A stretch of 64,000 bases of DNA from contig JAZOBE010000009.1 of the NCBI GenBank assembly GCA_045595785.1, positions 5,017 to 69,016 of the forward strand, given 5' to 3'. Position numbers and translations under genes: made by a program. Positions within the stretch are counted from its first letter, which is position 1; the number at the start of each line of letters is the position of its first letter. The notes beneath the pieces were generated by a model, which ran no database searches, was not told where the DNA came from, and saw only the letters and a program-made list of their open reading frames with translations. This document shows, piece by piece, positions 45,001-54,283 of the stretch. Origin of the DNA: Eubacteriales bacterium (GTDB lineage Bacteria > Bacillota > Clostridia > Oscillospirales > CAG-382).

Positions 45001-45768
45001 ATGGATACCGTAAACACTCCCGTACAGAAAAAACCCTTTCCCATTGCGGCGATTGGATTTATACTGCTTGCGCTCACATTTATGTTTCAGGCGCTTTCCC
45101 CGCTGCTCACTTATGTTTTTAACACCCGCCCTGCCGAACATTTCTCTCTTTTAGACAGGTTTGACATTCCCATACTGTTGATACAGTTGGTTCTGATAGC
45201 ATTTACCGTTTCGCTGGTGTGCATGCTTTTTATCGGAAAGAACAACATCGTTGTCTTTGTTTGTCTTTTGGGTATGTCCCTTTGGCATGTGGGCACTGCA
45301 GTGCAGGATCTGTTTAACTATATTCAAGCCTTTAAGATGTACGGCGAGTTTGATGCTATTCCTCCCCGTTTTCTCACCTCGCTGATAACCTCATTGGTTT
45401 CAAATGCAGCCATAACCATTTGCGGATTCCTCGGTTTCCTTATACTTGCCCTTGCCGCCCTTTTTGCTTACAAGGGCAAAAAAAAGCTTACTTTGATATG
45501 GATTCTTGCCACGGTGCTGTTTGCCGTTCCCCTTGTAATTTCCGTCTTGGCAACGATTTCCTACGCTGTGTCCCTTTTTTCCGATTGGAAACTTTTCATT
45601 TATTGGATCGATAAGATTATAAAGCACCTTGCTTTTCCTCCCTTCGGACATAATCTTAACAACCTCGCCTACAACGTGGCTACGGGTTTCATTTCCATTG
45701 CCGTAAATCTGCTTCTTGTTATCAATTCCGCTTTGCTGGGATTGCATTTTAAGAAAATATCACAATAA
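45001..45768 (+). CDS. hypothetical polytopic membrane protein
   Basis: 255 aa, about 7 hydrophobic helices, RBS ACGGAGGAA. Confidence 0.6.
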   Translation: MDTVNTPVQKKPFPIAAIGFILLALTFMFQALSPLLTYVFNTRPAEHFSLLDRFDIPILLIQLVLIAFTVSLVCMLFIGKNNIVVFVCLLGMSLWHVGTAVQDLFNYIQAFKMYGEFDAIPPRFLTSLITSLVSNAAITICGFLGFLILALAALFAYKGKKKLTLIWILATVLFAVPLVISVLATISYAVSLFSDWKLFIYWIDKIIKHLAFPPFGHNLNNLAYNVATGFISIAVNLLLVINSALLGLHFKKISQ

Positions 45769-45788
45769 AAGATTGCCCTTGCATCAAA

Positions 45789-45819
45789 AGGAATCCGTTT
45801 AATACGGGTTCCTTTTTTG
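45789..45819 (+). terminator. rho-independent terminator
   Basis: AGGAATCCGT-ttaat-ACGGGTTCCT followed by TTTTTT. Confidence 0.7.
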
Positions 45820-45880
45820 TTATAAACTTTGATACACAAATATACCTATCAAAACTTTAACCAAAATTTATAACTTTATA

Positions 45881-45909
45881 TTGACAAACCCGTAAACGTG
45901 TGGTAAAAT
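45881..45909 (+). promoter_or_regulatory. sigma-A promoter TTGACA-17-TAAAAT with TGn extension
   Basis: TTGACA at 45881-45886, TGGTAAAAT at 45901-45909. Confidence 0.55.
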
Positions 45910-45967
45910 GCAATTGCAAGATAAACGAAGGTTTATAAGCAAATTGAAAACGGAGGTAAACTATATT

Positions 45968-46657
45968 ATGACAAAAGTTTTGGTTATAGACGATGATAAC
46001 AACATTTGCGAGCTATTGCGCATGTATCTTGAGAAAGAGGGATACGAGGTACGCACCGCAAACAACGGGCAGGAGGGCGTAAACCTTTTCCGTATGTATG
46101 AGCCGGATATGGTTCTGCTGGATATTATGATGCCGGTTAAGGACGGCTGGCAGACCTGCAGAGAGATCCGTGAGCATTCCTCCAAGCCTATAATAATGAT
46201 AACCGCAAAGGGAGAGACTATAGACAAGGTGCTGGGGCTTGAGCTGGGCGCAGACGATTTTATAGTTAAGCCCTTGGATATGAAAGAGGTGTTCGCACGC
46301 ATCAAGGCAGTGCTCCGCAGATACGTTAACCGCGACACTTCCGACGGAGAGCTTATCCGTTTTGAAAATCTTGAGATATCCAGACAAAAGTACGAGCTTA
46401 AGATAAAGGGCAAAGCAGTTGACCTGCCTCCCAAGGAATTGGAGCTGATATACTTCCTTGCCACCAACTACAACCGTGTGTTTACCAGAGACCAGCTGCT
46501 TGATAAGGTTTGGGGCTTTGATTATCTGGGCGACAGCCGCACCGTCGACGTACACATCAAGCGTCTCCGTGAGAAGCTGGAGGGCGCATCCGAAAAATGG
46601 GCGTTAAAGACCGTTTGGGGCGTAGGCTATAAGTTTGAGGTAACTGCTGAAGAATGA
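45968..46657 (+). CDS. OmpR/PhoB-family response regulator
   Basis: ATG at 45968 (MTKVLVIDDD..) with RBS ACGGAGG. Receiver domain (DMVLLDIMMP, phospho-acceptor Asp) and winged-helix C-terminus (RTVDVHIKRLREKL..VWGVGYKF). Confidence 0.9.
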   Translation: MTKVLVIDDDNNICELLRMYLEKEGYEVRTANNGQEGVNLFRMYEPDMVLLDIMMPVKDGWQTCREIREHSSKPIIMITAKGETIDKVLGLELGADDFIVKPLDMKEVFARIKAVLRRYVNRDTSDGELIRFENLEISRQKYELKIKGKAVDLPPKELELIYFLATNYNRVFTRDQLLDKVWGFDYLGDSRTVDVHIKRLREKLEGASEKWALKTVWGVGYKFEVTAEE

Positions 46658-47157
46658 AAGACTACTCTGTAACCTACCGCATAAGCCCTGCGCTGTTTGC
46701 GGAATACTGCTATTTTTCGCTTTTCCGTATGAAATATTACCGCGTTGCAAGATCGCTGGGTCTGGCAGCTCTTGCCTGCGCCGGAATAATTACCGCGGTG
46801 CTGGGTTTCCTGTACAAGGACATGAATATCGCCATTTTCGGCGCTGTTATTACACTTATTACGGTGATGATACCCTTCGTACAAAAGAAGTTTATTAAAA
46901 GCCGTTACAAGCTGGTTTACGGAAAAGAGCTTACCAAATATACCGCCTCCTTTGGGAACAGCGGCGGTTTCACCCTCTCTGCAGGAGAGATAACCGAAAA
47001 ATACGGCAAGCAGGATATTACCGTCATTTATCTTATAAAAGGCGGATATGCCGTGAATACTAACAGAGGAACCTTCCTCGTTCCTCTGGCAGACACTCTG
47101 CCTGACATAGAGTGGTTCAAAAAAACATACGGCAAAAAATTCAAAAAATGCATTTAA
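46654..47157 (+). CDS. YcxB-like small membrane protein
   Basis: 167 aa. ATGA overlap with the response regulator. Two TM helices, then a soluble domain. Confidence 0.5.
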   Translation: MKDYSVTYRISPALFAEYCYFSLFRMKYYRVARSLGLAALACAGIITAVLGFLYKDMNIAIFGAVITLITVMIPFVQKKFIKSRYKLVYGKELTKYTASFGNSGGFTLSAGEITEKYGKQDITVIYLIKGGYAVNTNRGTFLVPLADTLPDIEWFKKTYGKKFKKCI

Positions 47158-47175
47158 CAAAAGGAATGTTTTAAT

Positions 47176-48651
47176 ATGCAAAGAGAAAGCGGAGTTTTGC
47201 TTAACATCTCCTCTCTGCCGGGAAAATACGGTATTGGTAAATTCGGCAGTGAGGCAGTCGCTTTTGCTCACTTTATAAAAGAGATGGGCTTTACCCGTTG
47301 GCAGGTACTGCCCTTTAACCCTCTGGGCCCCGGCGAGTGTCCTTATGCGTCCCCCAGCGCCTTTGCGGGAAACATATTGTATATCTCTCCCGATATGCTG
47401 GCAGAGGACGGATATATTACCCCTGCAGACGCACGGGAATGTGAATATCACGGAAGTAAGCACGTTGCCGATTACGAGTTTGCACAAGAAAAAATTATAG
47501 ATCTCCTTGAAAAAGCCTATGCAGGTCTTACGGAGACGGGAAAGAGATCCTTTTACCCTCTGCTTGACGAGCAGGTACAAGCCTACTGCCGTTTTATGGC
47601 GTTAAAGGACAAGCACGAAAACGCTCCCTTTTTTGAATGGGGCGAGGATTCTTACCCCGAAAAAGCCGACCCCGACGAGGACAGAGTAAACTTTTACGCC
47701 TTTACCCAATGTATGTTTTTTGACCAGTGGGCGAGAACCAAGGCAAAAATCAACGATATCGGCGTAAAGATCATCGGTGATATTCCCATTTACGTTTATT
47801 CCGATTCGGCTGACGTTTGGGCGAACCACAAGGTTTTCCAAATAAACGAGGATTTTTCCCTTTCCAAGGTGGCAGGCGCACCTCCCGATTATTTCAGTGA
47901 GGACGGTCAGCTTTGGGGAAATCCTTTATATGATTGGGACTATATTGCATCCACCGGGTTTGACTGGTGGTGCAAGCGTATAAAAGCCAGTATGGCGCTG
48001 TATGATACCGTGCGTATCGACCATTTCCGCGGACTTGCCTCCTATTGGGCGGTGGACGGAAAGGAAGAGACGGCGCGAAACGGAAGCTGGGAAAAGGGTC
48101 CCGGCAAGCCGCTGTTTGATGCTATTGAAAAATCCGTACCCGAGGCGGACATTATTGCAGAAGACCTTGGGGAGTTCGGTGAGGACGTTATTCAGCTGCT
48201 TAAGGACACGGGCTTTGGCGGTATGCGTATAATCCAGTTTGGCTTTGACCCTACCGACCATTCCACACACCTGCCCCACAACCATCCCGTTAACTCGGTG
48301 GCGTATACCGGCACCCATGATAACGATACACTTCTTGGCTGGCTGTATTCCGCAAGCGAGGAAGAAAGACGGTTTGCGCTGGAATACTGCCGTTTCGGCG
48401 GCGGAGATTGGGGAAAGGGCGGACCCGACGCACCTGCGGTGTGGAGTATTATTCAGACACTTTGGCACTCCCCCTCGTTCCTTGCAGTGCTTCCCGTTCA
48501 GGATATGCTGGGATTCGGCGAGGACGCCAGAATGAACAGGCCCGGTGTTCCCGAAGGACAGTGGCGGTTCAGAGCCACGTGGGAATTTCTGAATATGGTA
48601 AACAAAGAAAAGTATGCCCACCTGAACAGAATCTGCTTCAGATATAACTAA
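47176..48651 (+). CDS. malQ: 4-alpha-glucanotransferase (amylomaltase, GH77)
   Basis: SGVLLNISSLPGKYGIG, VRIDHFRGL, IIAEDLG, YTGTHDNDT. Confidence 0.93.
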   Translation: MQRESGVLLNISSLPGKYGIGKFGSEAVAFAHFIKEMGFTRWQVLPFNPLGPGECPYASPSAFAGNILYISPDMLAEDGYITPADARECEYHGSKHVADYEFAQEKIIDLLEKAYAGLTETGKRSFYPLLDEQVQAYCRFMALKDKHENAPFFEWGEDSYPEKADPDEDRVNFYAFTQCMFFDQWARTKAKINDIGVKIIGDIPIYVYSDSADVWANHKVFQINEDFSLSKVAGAPPDYFSEDGQLWGNPLYDWDYIASTGFDWWCKRIKASMALYDTVRIDHFRGLASYWAVDGKEETARNGSWEKGPGKPLFDAIEKSVPEADIIAEDLGEFGEDVIQLLKDTGFGGMRIIQFGFDPTDHSTHLPHNHPVNSVAYTGTHDNDTLLGWLYSASEEERRFALEYCRFGGGDWGKGGPDAPAVWSIIQTLWHSPSFLAVLPVQDMLGFGEDARMNRPGVPEGQWRFRATWEFLNMVNKEKYAHLNRICFRYN

Positions 48652-48663
48652 GAACACAAAGCA

Positions 48664-48784
48664 AACGCCGGATTTGGATGCAGAGCCAAAAACGCAACAA
48701 GTAAAAGGTTTCGATAATCGTAGGGACGAAGCGCACCCCACAAATGCTAATTCGCATTTGCAGGGACCCCGCTACGGGCGTCCG
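48664..48784. repeat. partial mosaic element (one terminus + double hairpin)
   Basis: CGCCGGATTTGGATGCAGAGCCAAAAACGCA, then GTAGGGACG..P1(48734-48770)..CGGGCGTCCG. Confidence 0.8.
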
Positions 48785-48814
48785 TTTCAAAAATATATTT
48801 TTGGATTATTTATT

Positions 48815-49450
48815 ATGATTTTACCAAAGTTGACCCCAAGGCTTCAAGCCGCCGCGGATATGATAGAATACGAGGAATCCATTATAGATATCGGCACCGA
48901 CCACGGTTATTTGCCTATATATCTGCTTTTGGCAGGAAAAGCAAAAAGCGCCGTGGCGGCGGATATCCGCACAGGGCCCCTTGAAAACGCGAAAGATAAT
49001 ATTTTTTCATACGGGGTGGAGGTTTCCACCCTCCTTTCCAATGGGTTTGAGCAGGTAACACAAAAATATTCCTGCGCTTTTGTATGCGGTATGGGCGGTG
49101 AGACTATTGCCGAAATTATTAAAAACGGCGCGCACGTTGCGCCTGATACTCTTGTGCTCCAGCCTATGACGGGGTGCGAGAAGCTGCGGAAATATCTGTT
49201 TGAAAACGGGTACGAGATAACCGACGAAAAATTCGTTTCCGAGGGAAGCAAGGTTTATTGTCTGATAAAAGCACAAAAAACCGGCAAAAATACGCCCTTT
49301 TCTTATTCCGACCTGTTTTTGGGAAAAATAAGACCCGAAGACGGAGAGTTTGAAAAATGGAAACAAAAAATCCGCCTGCAGGCGCAAAAGCGCATGCTGG
49401 GCGGAGAGAATGAGAACGAAAAAGAGCTTGTTGCGTCCTGTGGGAAGTAA
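48815..49450 (+). CDS. trmK: tRNA (adenine22-N1)-methyltransferase TrmK
   Basis: ATG at 48815 (MILPKLTPRLQ..); upstream ORF-track residues are repeat DNA. IIDIGTDHGYLPIYLL and AADIRTGPL. Confidence 0.85.
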   Translation: MILPKLTPRLQAAADMIEYEESIIDIGTDHGYLPIYLLLAGKAKSAVAADIRTGPLENAKDNIFSYGVEVSTLLSNGFEQVTQKYSCAFVCGMGGETIAEIIKNGAHVAPDTLVLQPMTGCEKLRKYLFENGYEITDEKFVSEGSKVYCLIKAQKTGKNTPFSYSDLFLGKIRPEDGEFEKWKQKIRLQAQKRMLGGENENEKELVASCGK

Positions 49451-49453
49451 CAA

Positions 49454-49627
49454 TCAGGTTTCAAGTTTTTCTTCCAGCTCTTTGAAGGCTCTCTTGATCT
49501 TTTCTGCCGGTGTTCTCTTTCTGTGACAGCACAAAACCATACAAATGACCACAGCGCCTGCGGTGAGCCCGAGAAAATGTGCCAGCATAATACGGCGGAT
49601 ATCCTTTTTTCTGAAACAGCTTGTCAT
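49454..49627 (-). CDS. hypothetical small membrane protein
   Basis: 57 aa from the ATG at 49627, with RBS GAGGTGA 9 nt upstream. One TM helix. Confidence 0.4.
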   Translation of the reverse strand: MTSCFRKKDIRRIMLAHFLGLTAGAVVICMVLCCHRKRTPAEKIKRAFKELEEKLET

Positions 49628-49730
49628 TTTATTAATCACCTCGGTAGGTATTCTGTGCGAAAATAAAGGGTTTTATGTAAAAAATTTAAGCAAAAAACAA
49701 GGAATTTCTTGATTTTTTCGAAAAAAACTG

Positions 49731-49759
49731 TTGACAAATCAAAACGATATATATATAAT
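49731..49759 (+). promoter_or_regulatory. consensus sigma-A promoter TTGACA-17-TATAAT
   Basis: TTGACA at 49731-49736, TATAAT at 49754-49759. This excludes the ATG at 49758 as a start. Confidence 0.6.
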
Positions 49760-49775
49760 GAAAGGTACTGTGCAA

Positions 49776-50282
49776 ATGAAAATTAATATACTGCCGCTTC
49801 TGCGCGGAGAAAAAGCATTTATTCCATTTTCCTTTACAGCGGATATGCAAGGTGTTACCGAGGATATTACCGCAGGGGAATATGTTGCAACGGGAAAGCT
49901 TTCCAACTTTTCCGGCTATATGCTCCTTGAGGGAACGGTGTGTATGAAATTCAGCGCCGTCTGCGGACGTTGCGGTAAAAACACAGAGCATAAGATCGAG
50001 GCGCAGTTTTCCCGTCCGGTAGCCCAAGCCCTTAATGAGGAGGACGACGAATATATCATCGCCGCTGAGAATGGCGACGTGGATATTGACGAAGCTGTAT
50101 CCGAAGCGGTTTATATGGAAATGCCGGTGCGCTTTTTATGCAAAGAATCTTGCAAGGGGTTATGCCCCGTTTGCGGAGCCGACCTTAACGACACATCTTG
50201 CTCCTGCGTCACGAAGGAAATCGACCCCAGGCTTGCAAAATTACGGGAATATCTCGATAATATCGAGAATGAACAAGAATAA
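49776..50282 (+). CDS. yceD: YceD family (DUF177) 23S rRNA accumulation protein
   Basis: CGRCG.. and CKESCKGLCPVCGADLN. Immediately upstream of rpmF, as in most bacteria. Confidence 0.85.
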   Translation: MKINILPLLRGEKAFIPFSFTADMQGVTEDITAGEYVATGKLSNFSGYMLLEGTVCMKFSAVCGRCGKNTEHKIEAQFSRPVAQALNEEDDEYIIAAENGDVDIDEAVSEAVYMEMPVRFLCKESCKGLCPVCGADLNDTSCSCVTKEIDPRLAKLREYLDNIENEQE

Positions 50283-50320
50283 AAATAATTTTTACATAAC
50301 TGATAAGGAGGCGTCTTAAA

Positions 50321-50503
50321 ATGGCAGTACCTAAGAGAAAAACATCTAAAGCTCGCAGAGATAAGAGGCGTTCATCTACCTGGAAGCTCACCCTCCCCGG
50401 TATGACAAAGTGCCCCAAGTGCGGTGAATACGTGCTCAGCCACAGAGTTTGCAAGAAGTGCGGAGTCTACGGCGGCAAGGAAGTTCTCACTGTAGAAGAA
50501 TAA
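50321..50503 (+). CDS. rpmF: 50S ribosomal protein L32
   Basis: [31 protein letters not shown]. Confidence 0.95.
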   Translation: MAVPKRKTSKARRDKRRSSTWKLTLPGMTKCPKCGEYVLSHRVCKKCGVYGGKEVLTVEE

Positions 50504-50528
50504 GAAAGTTAAATTACCCACGAAAGAA

Positions 50529-50567
50529 AGGCTGTTGTATTGTTCTACCTACAACCGCCTTTTTTTA
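50529..50567 (+). terminator. rho-independent terminator
   Basis: AGGCTGTTGTA-loop-TACAACCGCCT followed by T7. Confidence 0.7.
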
Positions 50568-50580
50568 TTCAAATCAAGTT

Positions 50581-50714
50581 GGAACGCATCTATTTGATGC
50601 AGAGCCAAAAACGCAAAATATAATATAGTTTTTGTAAACGTCTTTACTTCGCCGGCTGTGGATTATACAGCACGGTCGTAAAGAACGTTTTCTGCATTTG
50701 AAAGCCCTGCGTCC
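50581..50714. repeat. mosaic palindromic element (TIR + boundary motif + P3 + TIR)
   Basis: GGAACGCATCTATTTGATGCAGAGCCAAAAACGCA, P3 with core GCTGTGGATTATACAGC (50629-50700), then ..TTCTGCATTTGAAAGCCCTGCGTCC. Confidence 0.85.
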
Positions 50715-50797
50715 ATCAGACAATCAGTATTATAGACAATTGTTTCGTGCGAACAGTTTGATAACACCCACAGCTACAATCTTAAAGGATTATAAAA

Positions 50798-52096
50798 ATG
50801 GTTTTCGTAACAGGTGTCATTCCTAACTCTCCTGCCGACAAAGCAGGTGTAAGATCCGGCGACGCTATACTTTCCGTAAACGGAAACGAAGTTAACGACG
50901 TGCTGGACTACCAATTTTATACCACCGAAATATCCCTCTCGCTGGAAGTTAAACGAGGGGATGATGTTTTGCGCCTATTTTTAAGTAAAGGCGAATACGA
51001 AGACCCCGGTATGGAGTTTTGCACCTATCTTATGGACGATAAGCGCCGCTGCCGCAACGGCTGTATTTTCTGCTTTATTGACCAAAATCCCAAGGGCATG
51101 CGCGAAACCATATATTTCAAAGATGATGACGAGCGGCTTTCCTTCCTGCAGGGCAATTACGTAACACTTACCAACCTTACCGACAAGGAAATTGACCGTA
51201 TTATAAAAATGCGCATGTCGCCTGTGAATATTTCCGTTCACACCACCAACCCCGAATTGCGTGTTAAGATGATGAAAAACCGCTTTGCAGGTGACGTGCT
51301 GTCCTTTATCCCCCGTCTTAATGAGGCAGGTATACGGATAAACGCACAGCTTGTGCTTTGCCGCGGCATTAACGACGGCAAGGAATTGGAGCGCAGCCTT
51401 AACGACCTTGTGTTCCTTGAGAACCTTGAGTCGCTCGCCTGCGTGCCTGCAGGACTTACCGACCACAGAGAAGGTCTGCACCCGCTCACCCCCTACGACA
51501 GAGAGAGTGCAAGGGAAATTATAGAGATTATCAACGCTTTTGGGGACAAAACTGTGGAAAAATTCGGCGTGCGCAAGTGCTTTGCGTCTGACGAGTTTTA
51601 TCTGCTGGCAGGCTATGATATGCCTGAGGAAGCCTTTTACGAGGGGTATCCCCAGATAGAAAACGGAGTGGGAATGCTAAGAAGTCTTACCGAGGAGTTT
51701 TTGGACGAGCTTAATTATTCCGATGAATGCTCCGATGAAAAGGTGCGTATCGCCACGGGAAAGGCGGCATACCCCACAATATGTATGCTTGTGGAAAAGG
51801 CGAAGGAAAAATTCCCCTGCCTTGACTGCAAGGTATACCAGATAGAAAACAAATTTTTTGGAAAGAACATTACCGTAAGCGGTCTTATAACGGGCAAAGA
51901 CCTTATTGACCAATTACGAGGAAATATAGAAGAGGGAAGCTACCTTTTGCTCCCCTGCAATATGCTTAAAGCAGACGAGGAGGTATTCCTCGATGACGTT
52001 AAGCTCCGCCAAGTGAGAAAAACGCTGGGCGTAAAGACAGTTATTACAGGAAAGGACGGATATGAACTATGTCAAAAGGTGTTGTTGCCGTCGTAG
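50798..52096 (+). CDS. DUF512 radical-SAM-related protein with N-terminal PDZ domain
   Basis: PDZ region (GVIPNSPADKAGVRSGDAILSVNG) and Cys cluster CRNGCIFCF. Its position upstream of der is typical of Clostridia. Confidence 0.8.
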   Translation: MVFVTGVIPNSPADKAGVRSGDAILSVNGNEVNDVLDYQFYTTEISLSLEVKRGDDVLRLFLSKGEYEDPGMEFCTYLMDDKRRCRNGCIFCFIDQNPKGMRETIYFKDDDERLSFLQGNYVTLTNLTDKEIDRIIKMRMSPVNISVHTTNPELRVKMMKNRFAGDVLSFIPRLNEAGIRINAQLVLCRGINDGKELERSLNDLVFLENLESLACVPAGLTDHREGLHPLTPYDRESAREIIEIINAFGDKTVEKFGVRKCFASDEFYLLAGYDMPEEAFYEGYPQIENGVGMLRSLTEEFLDELNYSDECSDEKVRIATGKAAYPTICMLVEKAKEKFPCLDCKVYQIENKFFGKNITVSGLITGKDLIDQLRGNIEEGSYLLLPCNMLKADEEVFLDDVKLRQVRKTLGVKTVITGKDGYELCQKVLLPS

Positions 52097-53400
52097 GCAG
52101 ACCTAACGTTGGTAAATCCACGTTTTTTAACAAAATAACCGGAAAGCGCATATCCATTGTTGACGATACCCCCGGCGTTACCCGTGACAGAATTTATCAC
52201 GAGATAACCTGGAACGGTGTTACCATGACTCTCATCGACACCGGCGGTATTGAGCCACGTACAGACAGCAGTCTGCTTAAAATGATGCGTGAGCAGGCGC
52301 AGGTGGCTATATCCCACGCAGACGTAATTATTTTTATGTGTGAATTGATGACGGGAGTTACCGCTAACGACCGTGATATTGCCACCATGCTTAAAAAGAG
52401 CCGCAAGCCCGTTGTCCTTTGTGTTAACAAGGTGGATACGGTGGGTGCGCTCCCTCCCGAATTTTATGAATTTTACGAATTAGGCTTTGACGATGACCCT
52501 ATCCCCCTCTCATCCCTTCACGGAACGGGAAGCGGCGATATTCTTGACAAGGTGGTTGAATATCTGCCCGATGATACCGACAGTGAGGAGGCTGACCCCG
52601 GAATTAAGGTTGCGGTTATCGGAAAGCCCAACGCAGGCAAAAGCTCTATTGTAAACAAAATTGCAGGCGAGGAAAGGGTTATCGTTTCGGATATGCCCGG
52701 CACCACCCGTGATGCTATTGATACCTTTATTGAAAATAAATACGGAAAATACACCTTTATTGATACCGCAGGTATACGCAGAAACGCGAAAATTGAAGAT
52801 GATATCGAGAAATATTCCGTGCTCCGCGCAAAGATGGCGGTTGAAAAGGCAGACGTGTGCCTGCTGATGGTCGACGCCAACGAGGGCGTTACCGCACAGG
52901 ACGAGCGTATTGCAGGTATTGCCCACGAAAGCGGAAAGGCTGTAATTATAGTTATAAACAAATGGGACACCATTGAAAAGGATAACGATTCCGTAAACGC
53001 GTTCAGAAGAAAGGTTTACGAAGCACTTTCCTATATGACCTACGCACCTCTGCTGTTTGTTTCCGCCAAGACGGGGCAGAGAGTGGAAAAGCTTTTCCCT
53101 CTCATAAACGAAGTATACGCAAACGGCGGCAGACGTATTACCACGGGCGTGCTTAACGATCTGCTTAACGATGCCACCACCCGTGTTCAGCCTCCCTCCG
53201 ATAAGGGCAGAAGACTGAAGATATATTATATGACCCAGACCGGCGTAAACCCGCCCAACTTTGTGGTATTCGTTAACAGCGCGGAATTGTTCCACTTCTC
53301 ATACCGCAGATATCTGGAAAACTGTCTGAGAGAGGCCTTTGATTTTTCCGGCACTCCCATTAAAATGACAGTTAAGCAGAAGGGAGACAGCAATAAATGA
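52069..53400 (+). CDS. der: ribosome-associated GTPase Der (EngA)
   Basis: Two G domains (GRPNVGKST and GKPNAGKSS) plus a KH-like C-terminus. 28-nt overlap with the upstream gene. Confidence 0.95.
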   Translation: MSKGVVAVVGRPNVGKSTFFNKITGKRISIVDDTPGVTRDRIYHEITWNGVTMTLIDTGGIEPRTDSSLLKMMREQAQVAISHADVIIFMCELMTGVTANDRDIATMLKKSRKPVVLCVNKVDTVGALPPEFYEFYELGFDDDPIPLSSLHGTGSGDILDKVVEYLPDDTDSEEADPGIKVAVIGKPNAGKSSIVNKIAGEERVIVSDMPGTTRDAIDTFIENKYGKYTFIDTAGIRRNAKIEDDIEKYSVLRAKMAVEKADVCLLMVDANEGVTAQDERIAGIAHESGKAVIIVINKWDTIEKDNDSVNAFRRKVYEALSYMTYAPLLFVSAKTGQRVEKLFPLINEVYANGGRRITTGVLNDLLNDATTRVQPPSDKGRRLKIYYMTQTGVNPPNFVVFVNSAELFHFSYRRYLENCLREAFDFSGTPIKMTVKQKGDSNK

Positions 53401-53441
53401 TCTTTTTGGTTGACTATATCTATATAGGAAAATATATCAAT

Positions 53442-54077
53442 ATGCCTTGGCAGATAGCTATGCTTATGTTCTTGGTATGTATGGTTGCCGGTTATCTCCT
53501 GGGCAGTATAAACTCTGCTATAATCGTAAGTAAAAAGAAGTACGGCGGGGATATCCGCTCCTTCGGCTCGGGCAACGCAGGTCTTACCAATATGAAGCGT
53601 GTCTACGGCTGGGGCGCGGCAGGCTATACCCTTCTTGGCGATATGGCAAAGCAGGTGTTATCCGTTGGTATCGGTCTGGTGCTTGGCAACGTGCCCGGCG
53701 GATATATTGCAGGTATGTTCTGTATTGCGGGACATATTCTTCCCTGCTGGCACGGATTTAAGGGCGGAAAGGGCGTTCTTACCGCCGCTACTATGATACT
53801 GCTGCTGGACCCCGTAGTATTTGCGGTACTGCTGGTTATCTGGTTTGCGGTGCTGCTTCTTACCAGATACGTTTCTCTCGCTTCCATAGTTGCGGCGTTC
53901 GCTTACCCCGCCGCAATGTATGCACGCTATAAGGGAGCAGAGCCGTTTTCCCTTATTTTTGCTGTTGTTATCGGTCTTTTTGTAATATATATGCACAGAA
54001 GCAATATAAAGAGATTGTTTAATAATCAGGAAAGTAAGTTTTCCTTTAAAGGAAAAAAGAACGATAAATCGAAATAG
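53442..54077 (+). CDS. plsY: glycerol-3-phosphate acyltransferase PlsY
   Basis: YLLGSINSAIIVSK and FGSGNAGLTN. The start could instead be the ATG at 53397 (ATGA overlap with der). Confidence 0.88.
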   Translation: MPWQIAMLMFLVCMVAGYLLGSINSAIIVSKKKYGGDIRSFGSGNAGLTNMKRVYGWGAAGYTLLGDMAKQVLSVGIGLVLGNVPGGYIAGMFCIAGHILPCWHGFKGGKGVLTAATMILLLDPVVFAVLLVIWFAVLLLTRYVSLASIVAAFAYPAAMYARYKGAEPFSLIFAVVIGLFVIYMHRSNIKRLFNNQESKFSFKGKKNDKSK

Positions 54078-54108
54078 CCGTGGCGGCTGTAATTATATAA
54101 AATCTGAT

Positions 54109-54242
54109 GAACGCAGAGCTTTTGGATGCAGAAAACGTTCTTTACGAGCGTGCTGTAGTAACCTACAGCCAGCGAAGTAAAGACGTTTACAAAAACTATA
54201 TTATATTTTGCGTTTTTGGGTCTGCATCCAAGTGCTCCGCCC
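54109..54242. repeat. mosaic palindromic element (TIR + P3 + boundary motif + TIR)
   Basis: GAACGCAGAGCTTTTGGATGCAGAA, P3 with core GCTGTAGTAACCTACAGC (54120-54196), then TGCGTTTTTGGGTCTGCATCCAAGTGCTCCGCCC. Confidence 0.85.
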
Positions 54243-54283
54243 TTCGTTCCATCTGATTTTTTATTTCTCATGGAGTTTCATCT

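Noticed and set aside
48674-48814. Long N-terminal extensions given by the ORF track for trmK (48674), xseA (56569), leuS (42210) and the solute-binding protein (8717).
   Set aside because: The extensions are translations of repeat or promoter DNA. Internal ATGs with good RBS give N-termini matching the known families.
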